A DNA stretch of 63,067 nucleotides, counting the filler, from Hyphochytrium catenoides (lineage: Eukaryota > Protista > Hyphochytriomycota): the NCBI GenBank assembly GCA_900088475.1. It is 9 parts of 9 records of this genome, joined end to end, with 100 filler letters (N's around TTAATTAATTAA, not from the genome) between each part and the next. Parts side by side here need not be neighbours in the genome. Positions count along the whole stretch, not along the records: positions 49,042 to 50,422 come from FLMG01002230.1; positions 50,523 to 53,926 come from FLMG01001648.1; positions 54,027 to 55,642 come from FLMG01003272.1; positions 55,743 to 59,182 come from FLMG01000745.1; positions 59,283 to 63,067 come from FLMG01001595.1; 4 more parts are not named here. One strand, given 5' to 3'. The notes beneath the pieces were generated by a model. The model did not search any database. It was not told the origin of the DNA and saw only the letters and a program-made list of their open reading frames with translations. A program made the translations under genes and the position numbers. Below, piece by piece: positions 49,171 to 61,381 of the stretch. The stretch's first letter is position 1, and every line of letters begins with the position of its first letter.

Positions 49171-49366
49171 CTAGGACGGCGCTTAGGGCTTGCGAGGTAA
49201 GTCGACCGTGTCTCTCTCTCTTCAGTGTCTGGATGTCAATGTCTTTCTTAGGGATTGCGGCCGTGATGACGATGAGAGCTTCAGCCTTGGAATAATAGCC
49301 GAGAAGATAGCTCTCGGATTTTACAGAGACCAAGCTCTGAGGCACCAGAAGCTTTGCTACTGCCAT
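49171..49366 (-). CDS. First exon of a gene; weak resemblance to the PIG-Q/Gpi1 N-terminus
   Basis: ATG 49366, MAVAKLLVPQSLVSVKSESYLLGYYSKAEALIVITAAI..., donor G|gtgagg at 49170 followed by a (CT)n intron running into the gap. The family resemblance is from memory of the pattern (hydrophobic-P...LLG...VVxAV) only. Confidence 0.4.
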
Positions 49367-50522
49367 CTTCTCCCTCCTTCCCCCTCTCTCTGTCTGTCTC
49401 TCTCTCTCTCTTTCTCTCTCTTTGTCTCTCTCTCTCTCTCTGTCTCTCTCTCGCTCTCCTTCTCTCTGTCTCTCTCTCTCTCTCTTTTACTGTCTCTTAC
49501 TCATGGGCTCATGGTCTGGGGCAGCCTTCAAAAGGCTCTTCCTTAAGTCGATGGAGATCATCTTCCGGCTTGACATGATCTTGGGGAGAGAGAGAAGAGA
49601 AATGAGGAGAGACGAAGGGATGTCTCCCTTCGTTCCAGAGAGCTCTTGAGCGCCGGGCAAGATGAGTCCGATTGCAGAAGGCCATTGAGTGTAACCTTAT
49701 CACACAGCTGGAAGAAAGAGAAAAAGAGAAAGAGGAGTGTGTGTGAGAAGGGAGAGAGAGAGAGAGAGAGAGAGGAAGAGGAAGAGAGAGAGAGAAAAGA
49801 GAGAGAGAGAAAGAGAGAGAGACAGAATGCTTTATCTATGTCCTCACTCCTCTCCATATTTCGCCGCATTACAATCAAAACTTACAACAGAAAACCTATA
49901 GAAAGAATGCCCGAAGCCTGAAGCTTGTCCGAGGTTCAAGTGATACAGAGTGGACGAGACATCTTTTAAGGCGACAAAATGTGGTCAGAGGCCCAGCCCC
50001 TCAGGATACCGTTAGCGGCCAAGATTCGCATCCACATAAAGATTCGCTTTACGGCCAAACCCTTATAATGTCGCATTTAGGAGCTAAGCAGGCAAGTCCT
50101 AGCTCTGAACACTTTCTGTACCTACGTACTTATTCTTAGCATATATCTTTTCTGAACATCCATATTACCATACAACTCCACGTTCGTCCTATAATTATCG
50201 CAACGATTAAGGATCCTATGCCCTTTCGTCCTTTGAAGATTAGTTTCCCCTTATATTAACCGGGCGAGCAGAGTTCAAGTGGGAGTTGTAGTGAAGATGT
50301 TACCTGTAGATATGCCGCTTTGATGTAGATTCAGGTGAGGGTTTTGGTCGCTGTCTTTTGTTCTGCCTTCTGGGCAGCTTCAACTTTAGAAAATCATGCG
50401 CACTTTCTCTCTCTCTCTCTCTNNNNNNNNNNNNNNNNNNNNNNNNNNNNNNNNNNNNNNNNNNNNTTAATTAATTAANNNNNNNNNNNNNNNNNNNNNN
50501 NNNNNNNNNNNNNNNNNNNNNN

Positions 50523-53500
50523 CTTCCCATACTCTTGACTATTTTCAGATGCAAAGGAGACCTGGGAGGGCCGAAACGCAGTGATAAAAGCAAACAACGT
50601 AGAAGAGGGAGATGTTAGTCTCTAAGCTTGTCCTACCTCTATCTTTCCATTACTTCCATCACTTGTCGACCTACCTCTCTCTGCGCCAGCTGTCCCCTTC
50701 GCGTCTCCAGTCTCTGCTGGAAGAGCCCCATCGCGTCATCAAAGTGTCTTTGGCACTTTCGAACCATCCATCCGGCGAGTTCGTCCACCTGGCGGGAGAC
50801 CTTTGTAGGAGGGAAAGATGAGCGAAAGAATGGGAACAAGAGGACATAAAAACCGTCAGCATGCGCCATTCAAAGCTCCTAGTGAGCACAGAAATAGGCG
50901 CGCTAGTCAAATGTCCCGGTGTCTCTTCCCTCCGTCACACCTTTGAAGGCTATGCCATGTAACGCTTTCATCTCTTCCAGTCAACTCCAAACCCTGCCAA
51001 CACTATCTTCTTGACCTCTTTACCAACGAAGTGGGAAGACCACATGTAAGGCAGACAACGGTCAAGCCTATCCCAGCATTCTTCTCTTTTCTGCTGTGGC
51101 TACCGTTCTTGAGCCCTTCGTCTCGTGCTTAACATTCACAACTTACCTCTTGTTCTATATCTCCTACTTCCTCTTCGAACTCCTTGACAAGCTTCTCACG
51201 TTCTCTTATAATCTCGTAGAAGTTGCTATAGTTGAGCTTGTCATCAATAAATGACTCCGCGCGCCTCAAAGCTCCCTGGAGGTTGACTTCTAGTCGGGAG
51301 GTGACACCGGAAAAGTCGCTGAGCATATCTGAGCGGAATAGCTTCAGGCGTGCTTCCAATTGCTCCAACATCCTCATGTCACCCTGCGAAGGGAGTTAGA
51401 ACATTTGAGTTGAGCTGGAAGAGCAAGTGTGGAAGAGAGAGGGGAAAATGGAGGATGGCGCCGAATCCTGCCGGGGAATAATGTAACGTAGAGAGAGAAC
51501 AGGAAGGGAGAGGTGCCGAGGGTAGGAAAGAGATAGGCCAGGACGAGCATGACGGCCTACAAGTGGCTAAGGAGAAAGAAGAGTGATAGTGTCGGAAACT
51601 GCCATCAGGCTTACAGACCGCAAGGGAACGGAGAGAAAAGAACAGAGAGAGAGAGAGAGAGAGATACAAAGACAAAGAAAAAGACAGACGAGCTGGACGC
51701 GTGAGAGACATGAGTCTGTGCTTCCTTTCATATACAAGAACTTGAAAGGGAATTAAGGACAAGACAAAGGAGCAAGGAGCAAAGAGATCGGCCAGGTACC
51801 TTGAGGACCTCCAGTTGATACTGAAGGATCTCCTGCTGCCGTTTACAGATCCTGCCTGCTGTAGCTGCTGGAGAGTCCAGCTTAAGTCTCAGGCGTTCCT
51901 CACTATCCAACGTCAAAGAGATACTTCGCTCTAACTCTAGCATGTTACTTGCCGTCCAGTCAGGAGTTGAAAGGGAAAGGGCAAGAGAAGGCTAAGAACT
52001 TGGTTAAACGAGGTCTACCAAAAAGTCGGGGCTTAAAGGAGATAACTGTGGTCAAGAGGCGTGGTAACGGCAACTTCGTAAACGCAGGCAAACGATTTCT
52101 TGACGATGAATAGAGGAAAAGATGGCGGAGATATATCTTAAGGTTCTCAAGAGGAAAGAAGAAACACAAAGAAGAACTGCGACGGCTAACCTCCGCGTTA
52201 GCCTCCAGTTTGGCCTTCAGCGCCGCCTTAGCGCTGAGGTGAAACACTTGCGGATCAGACCCTAGCACTGACCGTGCCCTATCTCTAACATAGCTGCGGA
52301 CCTCCCTCAGCTGTTCATCAGAGAGGAGATCGATCTTGTTGATTATCACTAGGGCCTGGCAGGGAAGATGGGGGAAGAGTAGAGTTAGGGAGCCTATTAT
52401 GAAGAAGGCAGACATAAACGTAAGAGAAGAGAGTGCGCAGCGGAAAGAAACATATACTCCCTAACAGTCTACATAGCTTGACATTGGAGGTAAACGGCGG
52501 CGTATGCAGACTGTTAGGCCAAGGGAAGATAAATGGGAGCAGGAGCGAAGACAGGTAACCAGGGAATCGATGCATGTCCTCCTTCTAACACGCCCTCCTC
52601 TCAGCAGAACGTTCTCTTCATTTCTCCTTCTCTTCACTATCTTTCCTATCTCTAGATACCTTTTTGCCCCATTCCCTAATGCTTTCGAGGAAGGCTCTCT
52701 CGCTCTCACTGAATGGCCTATCTGCGCTCGTTACGAAGAGCAGAAGGTCCGAGAGGGGCACGAAGTCTCGCGTAAGCTTCTCGTGGTGTCTGTCTATCGC
52801 GTTGGTGCCGGGAGTGTCCACAATCTTTACATAGCGCATCCACGGCACTGAGACAGTGCGAGAGTGCGTTCCTAGGGAGGGACGAAACAGAGAAGAAAGA
52901 GAAAGTTTCGGACAAGGACAAAGGGAGAGAAAACGTGGGGTGGAGCGAACCGAGAGAGGAAGAGTTTGAGGACGAGAGTAAAAGCGAAATAGGAGGGATG
53001 ATGTGAAGTCAGAGAGGACAAGACAATGCCATGAGTCCCTGAAGCCAAGAGGGAGAGAGCTAAAGCAAATATCTCAATCCGAGAGCAGTCCCACTGCGTG
53101 GATGAGGAGAAACATCTCATTTCTTTTTGGAGCGAGATGGTAGAAAAGAAGACCTGGATAGCTGAAAAACACAGAGGGAAGATGGAGAAGGAGAAGGGAG
53201 GAGGAAAGATAAAGGGGAGAGAGAAGGATAGAGCTGTACGGAGAGAGAGAGAAAGAGAGAACCATAGAGCTGGAGACAGAGACAGAGAGAGAGAAAGAAA
53301 AAGATAGAGTGTGTCTCCCCACCGTCAGGAAGAATAATAGGCTCAGGGACATCGCTTTCCCCATATCTCACGACACAAATTTCTGAGGTTGTAGGTACAG
53401 GCCCTGGGCAAGACGAGGTGACGATGAACTTAAGGAGTGAGAGTCGAAGACACCCAGAAGAGAGACGGCGCATCCCAGGTCATTAAAGAGGTAGGAACAC

Positions 53501-53926
53501 ACAGGAACAGAGAACTGAGAGCGATAGACGAGGAGCTGAGCAATAACGATCGTATACAAAGAGACAGAAGAAGGAGTCAGAGCACTGGTGAAAGAATAGG
53601 GAAGATAGGTAGAAGCAGAGCGCCAGTTTGGAGGACTGGGAGCAAAGAACGGTTCCGATACGGATTCTTTATCTAAATCTTTCTTCATAACAAGGCGAGA
53701 CGAAGAAGGAAAATTTGTGCCTTTAACAGGACACATGCACAGAGAGAGAGAGCACGTGCGAGACAGAAACGGGGAGAGAGAGAGAGAGAGAAAAGTGAGA
53801 GAAAGAAGAGAGAGAGAGAGTCGTTTACCTTCAGGAAGGAACTTCCTTCCCAGCAGCGCATTGATAAGAGAGCTTTTCCCAGAGTTAAACTCTCCTACAA
53901 CGACGAGAAGGAAGAGATCATCGAGT
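50523..53926 (-). CDS. Dynamin-superfamily GTPase of the FZL/mitofusin/bacterial dynamin-like type, partial, multi-exon
   Basis: G1 LDDLFLLVVVGEFNSGKSSLINALLG, G2 PVPTT, G3 IVDTPGTNA, SDLLLFVTSADRPFSESERAFL, G4 IINKID. These are followed by helical exons (EERLRLKLDSP; LRRAESFIDDKL). Confidence 0.88.
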
Positions 53927-54340
53927 NNNNNNNNNNNNNNNNNNNNNNNNNNNNNNNNNNNNNNNNNNNNTTAATTAATTAANNNNNNNNNNNNNNNNNN
54001 NNNNNNNNNNNNNNNNNNNNNNNNNNAGAGAGAGAGAAAGAAAGAAAGAGAGAGAGAAAGAAAGAGAGAGAGAAAGAGAGAAAGAGAGAGAGAGAGAGGA
54101 AGAGAGGAGAGAGACAAGGAAGAGAGACACACAGAGAACGAGGGAGAGGAAACGACAAAGAAGAGAGAGGAAGTGGAAGATATTCTAAACCGATGAGAGT
54201 TGGGAAGGTCCCTGGAGAAGAGAGAAGTGCAAACAACCGCGGTTTGGGCTTCGCCTTCACTTCTCCTTCGAACACCGTCGTCCCCTTTTCGAAGCAACGG
54301 CCTACTACAAATAAATTTGCCTCTCGGGCTGCGAGGTTGC

Positions 54341-54389
<49 letters not shown>

Positions 54390-55759
54390 GCTCTCTCTCT
54401 CTCTGTTCGTTTTTTCAGTCGTCTACGAAGCTCTTCGTCCTGGTTCAGATTGTCAGTTGGCTAAGAGGCGACTTTCTCGCTTGTACTTGTACGTCAACCA
54501 GGCTGCTCTTCAGAGAGAAAGAAATGGAGAGAGACAGAGAGAGAGAGAGAGACGGAGAGAGAGAGAGGGAACGTTCAACAGAGAGCCATTGAAGCTGTAC
54601 CATAGGGAGGAGAGAACAAACAGGAAAAATTGAGGAGAGAGAGAAAGAACCATCCCACCACCGAAAGCGAAGACAGAGCGGCGAGGCGGAGAAAGGAAAA
54701 TATAGAAGCGGAGGAGGAAGGGAGAGAGTCAAGAAAAGACCTTATAGAACTACCTCTTAGCAGAAAATAAAGACAGGCTCTTCCTCGTCCCCGATTTTCT
54801 TTCTTTTTCTCTCTCTCTCTCTCTCCCCCTCTCTCTCTCTCTGTGCTCGCTCTCTTTCTCTTTCCTTTCTTTGTCACTTTCTTCCACACCTTGCCACCAC
54901 GAGTATCCTGTCCACTTAGAACTAAGTGCTTGCTCGCTCCTGCTAACCTGGTCGCCGCTTCTCTTGCCCCTAGCCTCTCCGGCAATCAATCATATTTGGC
55001 CCTCCCGTGTCTTTCTCTCTCCCTCTCTCTCTCTTCTCTCTCTTTCTCTCTCTTTCTCTCTCTCTCTCTCTCTCGCTCTCTCTCTTCTCTGCTGTCTCTC
55101 TTTGCCTCTGTCTCTCCCCTGTGTCAGTTCGTCATCAGTTCTCTCTTTTTCCTCTTTTTTTCTCTCTTCCCCTTCGTGTCTTTCTTTTCCCCCTCTTCTC
55201 CCGATCGCAGAGGAATACCCGTCTGTTTCTAGAGAAGCCTCCTCCTAAACGAGCAACACTTGATGAGCCTGTCAACAAGAGAGTGAGCGCTTCAACAGAG
55301 AGAGAGATAAGGAGAGAAGGAAGGGGGAAGAAGAGAAGAAGAAGGAGAGACAAAACGCTGCACAGCGCCCAACACCGCCGCATAATATCTATAGGGAGAC
55401 ATAGCACGAAGACTGAAGAGAAGAAGCGTTGGTGAGAGCTGCGAAGAGTTGAGATCTCATTGCTGGCAAACCAGGAAGGCTCTTCTCGATCAGCAGGGGA
55501 CTTCTCGCGTTGGCTTCAGGCCTCTGGGACATCAAGAAGGGAGAGAGAGAGAGAGAGAGAGGAAGAGAAAGAGGAAAGAGAGAAAAGAAGGAAGAGAGGA
55601 AAGAAGATGTCTTCTCTCTCTTCCTCTCTCGCCCCAGCTCCTNNNNNNNNNNNNNNNNNNNNNNNNNNNNNNNNNNNNNNNNNNNNTTAATTAATTAANN
55701 NNNNNNNNNNNNNNNNNNNNNNNNNNNNNNNNNNNNNNNNNNGAGAGAAGAGAGAGAAA

Positions 55760-58700
55760 AAAATAGAGAGAAGAGACCAAGAAGAGATTGTAGTGCATAG
55801 GACTACCCTTATTGGACTATATTGGAGCTACTTCCGCTGCATGAAAGCGAGTCTTTACTTCCTGTGGAAAGTTATGGGCTCCAAAGAATGTCAATCATTC
55901 AATTTGTTGCTGATGAAGCTCCGTGATCTCATCGGCTTCGTCGTCATATCTGGTATAGATGTCTCAATACGGTTGCACTAGTTGATAGACGTGCTGTGGC
56001 CACTATGACAGGAGAGTAACCAAGATCAGCCTCAACCGCGATGAAAGAAGCATCGCCAGATGCACCCGATACTCTTGATTGCCAACTTGGACCCCTTTCT
56101 GAGGACCATTCTGTCAGAAACCAGAACTACTAAAGAGGTCTATCCTCCTACTATGATGTCTTACTGTACAAAATTAGAATAAGTACCTTGAAATGGCTAT
56201 CTTATTCGAAATCCTGCATGGAAGATGGTTGATGGTCTGGAAAAAAGGGCATATCCAAGTTCCTACAAATGATGATGATTTTGTGTTCCTGTACAACAAA
56301 ATAGCAACTAAATAATCTACCTACAGCTTGATATATCTTGCAGCCATAGTCGGCACCCTTTATACGGGCAGAAGAAGCAACAAGAACAACAATAGAATGA
56401 GACAATAATGTACCATCTCTGAACTCTTGCTGGACCCGATTGTATAGGCTTATAGCGGCCCGTCCACTTCTTCGGCGGTTCCTGGTCGGTTCCTCCTTTG
56501 CACAGCAGCTGGTATTATTCATTCTTAATACAGTGAGTATCCTACGAAGATTTATTAGCTACTAAAGATGCCGGGTTCGACAACGGACCATAAAGTGAGT
56601 CTTTACAAACTCTTAGAGGCGACAGATTGCGTACCAGATTGTGTAGGAGGTTATCAACGAGGAGAACTCTGCCTTAATTATCATACAACTTTTAGCATAA
56701 TTGACCTACTAATAATGAAGGGTGGAGACTTCGTTGTGGGCTTGCTAATCAACTTTCTCATCGCTGCTGCTCCCCTTTCTCTTCACTGCTGCAGCAGCGA
56801 TGATCAAGTAGACCCTGAGCATTCCTGCCTTTTGTGTGGCAAAATTTGCTTTTTCGTAATAGGAGAAAATGAAAAGACCAAGCCTTCGTACCTGCTGCCT
56901 ACTGTTCTTTCTTCTTCTTAGTAGCTTTGAATACTCTTTAATAGCCCATAAGTTGGTGATCTGCTGTCTTCTCCGCCTCCTCTGCGGGTGCCCATTGTCG
57001 TCCAGGACACAAGAGATTTGTGAAGGCAGCAAGGGGTTCTATTGGATTGCCTGTTAGCTCAATCGTCGTCAGCAGGATCATCAAGGTCCTTGACGGGGCA
57101 ACTGCTGGCTTATCGTGAGCACTGCATCTTCCTCTGGCGAATAGATGATACCTTAGAAGTCTCTCGTCCCTTTTAAGGCATATTATATAGCGGGCTAAAA
57201 TAATGTATCACCACCACCTGGTCATAAGCATTGAAGGTTGGGGGGCGAGTTTCTAATCTGTTGTCTGCATCGCAGCGTACATTCCTTTTTAGGCATATAT
57301 AGCGGTGATGTTTCACCACGCACCTCCTGGTCGTTCAAGGTTTTGGGGGGATTTTTAGTCTGTGTTCTGCATCGAGCGAGGTCTTCCGCGAGGCTAGGTA
57401 AGTAATGCTGCCATGCTTTATACCCCTGTGTGAAACCTGTGGAACTCAAGAATAAAGCGAGCTAGCTGCCCTGAGATCTATTATTATGTGTCATCAGCAA
57501 ATATCATGTCGGATGCTTGGCAAAACTTTTACCACCCTATCCTATTGTTGAATACTTCACTCCGACCTCAATGATTACTTTACATTCAAGGAAGGTAGCC
57601 TGTAACCCCCCGGGGGGGGAGGAGTTCGGAGGGCTCTGGCCAGAGCTGGATGTGAGGGTCAGTGAGAGTAGCCTTTATTGTCTCAATAGAACTATCGGTC
57701 AATGGACAGGTTAGCTTCAACCGTGCTATAGCACTGACGCGGTTCAGCTCCTCCGTTGCCAAGGGCAAGCTCTTCCGAAAGAGCAAATCAGAAACGTAGC
57801 GAAGCTTGGTATTCAAAACAGAAACGTATGTTGATATCCTCCTTTCCACAATGGTTGGGATTACCCCGTCTTCTCTCATCCCTGCTGCAGCTGTAAAAGC
57901 TGCTAACAATATATTGCCGGCGGAGGTTGCCAGGGCCGGCGCGCAGCGGTCTGCCCTTGGTGGAGGTCGGCTAATGATCGGGCACCTTCATCCATATGCC
58001 AGGCCAATGACATCGTTATCTTCTCCTTGCACAGACCTGCTTTTGCGTTGCGCATATTCCTCAACCACTCCTCCGCCTCCGCCGACTCTACTACCCCACC
58101 AACAACTCCTATCTACGTCCAGGCAACTAGCCTGGCATGGCAGAGAACCAAGTGGCGAAAGTCGTGTGAACCGTATAGCAGGAGCTGTTCTGCCTCCGAT
58201 GGCTATTTTTGGCCTCTGCTCCTTCCTCTTCTTCATGGAGGAATGAGACTCCGTACTCTTTTAATCATTGATGAAGTAGGGGAGCAAGATGCTGAAAGCA
58301 CGTGGTGATTGCCGTCGTACATAGATGGGGCCAGTATGAAGGAAGGCGAACCTCTTTCAGCTTTCAACGACTACTCCTTAGCTGCTCTTCGTTTTAGGAG
58401 TGATAGCGAAAGTAGTCCTGATGATGAGGAAGATGATTGATGATGGCATGATGCCATTTCCTCATTCATTCTGCCTGAAGATGGATATCAACCATCTTGC
58501 ACTTGCTGTATCTTCCAGGGTCCACACTACTGTACCTCCCTATTTAGCTGGATTATAAATCAAGTTGTAAATGTTCCTTATAATGTGGTCTACTATCTAC
58601 TAAGGAGTTCCGAGGCTGTTATTCAGAACAGAAACGTGATGAAGCTTGGTGCATTAGCTTAGGCTTAGGCAGCCATTTGTGTTCTTGATAAAGGGAGTCT

Positions 58701-59182
58701 AAAAGCACGTAATATGCGAGATGTCTGGATTTATTGATAATTAGACTTCTACTAAGGGTACGTTTTGCCCTACATGTACAGGGGTTCCCAACTATCGTCA
58801 GAACGTGAGTCGTATGAGCCTTCGAACAACCTAGGAAGCCTAAAGTAAAAGTGTACAGAGCATGACCGGTCTGTGCTGTGAGAGTCTGTCATCTTGGTCA
58901 TGACAGCTAAGAGCGAGAAGCAGGAGAAGCAGGTTACAAGTACAGAAGGGCTATCTAGTACGGCGCCAGCAAGGTAGCTGTAGTCTGCAAACAAGAAGAA
59001 GTTTACCAAGCCCGGCGCGGCACCCCTTTCAGGGCCTTCCTATAGCAAAGCAAGTCAAAGTGTTACTGGAGCTGGAGGCTTACTTTCATCTGAAGGCTTT
59101 AGTCGTCGAGCCAAGAGTTAAGCTCAAGCTGGCGTCCTAGGAGGGGTGAAGAATGGGTTTCTTTCAGGACCTTTCCGAGCGC
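55760..59182 (-). pseudogene. Degenerate coding-like sequence (possible TE or gene relic)
   Basis: Microsatellite-free contig with several protein-like but stop-interrupted minus-strand frames (e.g. 58236-57586; 56030-55850 DIYTRYDDEADEITELHQQQIE). No family recognised. Confidence 0.25.
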
Positions 59183-61381
59183 NNNNNNNNNNNNNNNNNN
59201 NNNNNNNNNNNNNNNNNNNNNNNNNNTTAATTAATTAANNNNNNNNNNNNNNNNNNNNNNNNNNNNNNNNNNNNNNNNNNNNTCCGCACTTTGCATCGTT
59301 TCTCTATCTCTTCTGGACCTATTTTGGGGCGCTGTTAGGCTCTATGATTGGCTACGGCCTGTATGCTCTAATGGCTGCAGCTTAGAAGAGAGGAAATATT
59401 GTTTCTCTCGCTTCTCTGGCAGCCCTAAGAGCATGTCTCCCATTACACCTGACATGGGCTGATGAGGTATGGTATCCAACGGTCTTCTTTCACCTATGCG
59501 CTTTCGCAACTGCATTCGCTCTCTTCTCTCTCTTGCAGGCAGTGTGACTGCCCGTCTCTTTGTATTCTTCCCTGTTATTCGTTCATCGTAATTGTCCTGA
59601 ATAATGTAGAGGCAGCACACTATACATCGCCCTCGTCGTCCGCCTTTAAGCATGTCACTATGTTATCTCTAGCGCGGGGCCAAACACTCAATGCAAGAAA
59701 GACTTGGTAAAGCTCTGAGAGAACAAGAGGCTCAAGAATTTGTCAGCAGAGGAGGAAAGAAAGTACCATTTAGCACAAGAGAAAGTCTGATGAAGAGATA
59801 AGTAGAATTGAGAGAGATGCTGCCATCAAGAGTACCTATGCCTAGTCCGTCTTGCTGAAAGACCTACAGTCTAGCGGATCACTAAGCCACACAGTCAGCG
59901 CCGAGACAATCGCTCACTCGAAAACCACGTTTATTGCCATTATTCTAACGAGTTGAGCTCCTTCTAATCCCCTTCCTCGACGCCTCGCTGTCAATAAATA
60001 TAAGCGTGGATGGTTCATTCCCCCATCAGCAACATAGCCGCCGTTCGCATTTGGTCATACGTGTCTTATAGGCCACTACTCAGCTGTAAGAGCGGAGTGC
60101 TCTTCCATATCCCAAACCTTTCTGCTTGCCACTAAAGGGACATCGTAGCCTCCTGAAATGTTGGTTACTGCCTGGCAAGTGGTGCTTGTGACTAGTCTTT
60201 CGCAGAGGGTACCGTCGGGCAATGACACTCTTTAAGAGGAACCGCCGCCGACTTCTTCACACCTTAGGTAACCTCGCAATAAACGCTAACAGATATGGGA
60301 GAGGAGTTCTTTGAACAAGGGCTCTCGTAGTCTTTAACTCATGTTAGTCTGATTGTCCTGGTTCAGAGGGGCGGTGCGATCGGCCACTGGCGTACAGCGG
60401 TCATAGTCCCTCATGCTTACATCCCCATTGGCACTTCGGGCCAGATACCGATAAATGAACTAGAGCTTCCAACCTGGTCCGGCCTTCGCCTTTCCAGAAC
60501 CTGAAGAAGGAGGAACAACTGAGAAGACATTGTCTGTCCATCAGTCATAAGGATTTAGAGACAACTGAGAAGAAACATAGGGTTTCTAAAGCATGGCAGG
60601 GCGTAGAAGAGGTTTTCGAGGATCAACCGGGAAGCTCCTCCCACTTCTGCAGATGCCCCACAACCAAGAAAGAAGCTCTCCCGCCGCACTGAAGAATGAT
60701 AGTTTGATAGGCTAGCTCATTGCTCTTGCCGCCAAGGAGACTGGGCAGGGCCAAGTCGAGCTCCGTCTCAGAAGAGCGGATGAGCTTTCTGTCTTCGGAT
60801 CATCAACCTGAAGATAACTCGTTCTACTGACTCCTGGGGGAGCTCTAAGTATTCCCGCCAAAGAAAGCCTGTGTTCAATAATCAGAAAGGCAAGAAACGG
60901 CTAAGGTTGATGTGTGCGAGAGAAAAATATAGACAGAAGAGCAAGAGAGAGGGAGCAAGAGACAGAGAGAGAGCAACAGAGAGAGAGAGAGGAGAGAGAG
61001 AGAGGGAAAGAGAAAAAAAAAGAAAAAAAAGAGAGAGAGAGNNNNNNNNNNNNNNNNNNNNNNNNNNNNNNNNNNAGAGAGAGAGAGAGAGAGAGAGAAA
61101 TTGGGATGGAAGGGGAACAACCTATAGCGGGCAACTAGTGAAGCAGCAGGAGGCGAGGTGTGTCTCTGCTACTCTCGCATCGTGTTCTCGTCTCGGTTCT
61201 ATCTATTGGCTTCTCCTGCTCTTGGCCTTCATCTCCCCACTTTATGAGCGGAGCACTGAGCAGCTCTGCTTTGACCTACGGTGCTTCTAGGAACTAGGAG
61301 CGGCGGCCAACACTGCCAACCAATCTAATCTTAAGGATGGTCATTGAAAGCAGCACTTCTAGCTGACTGGGCCAGAGGTCG

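Noticed and set aside
49500-50420. Possible exons between the PIG-Q-like exon and the gap, and at 54200-55640
   Set aside because: These are short unique islands among microsatellites, but I could not establish a consistent frame or a recognisable product.
23369-55780. Numerous ORFs rich in ERERER or SLSLSL
   Set aside because: They are translations of (GA)n/(CT)n microsatellites, which lack stop codons.
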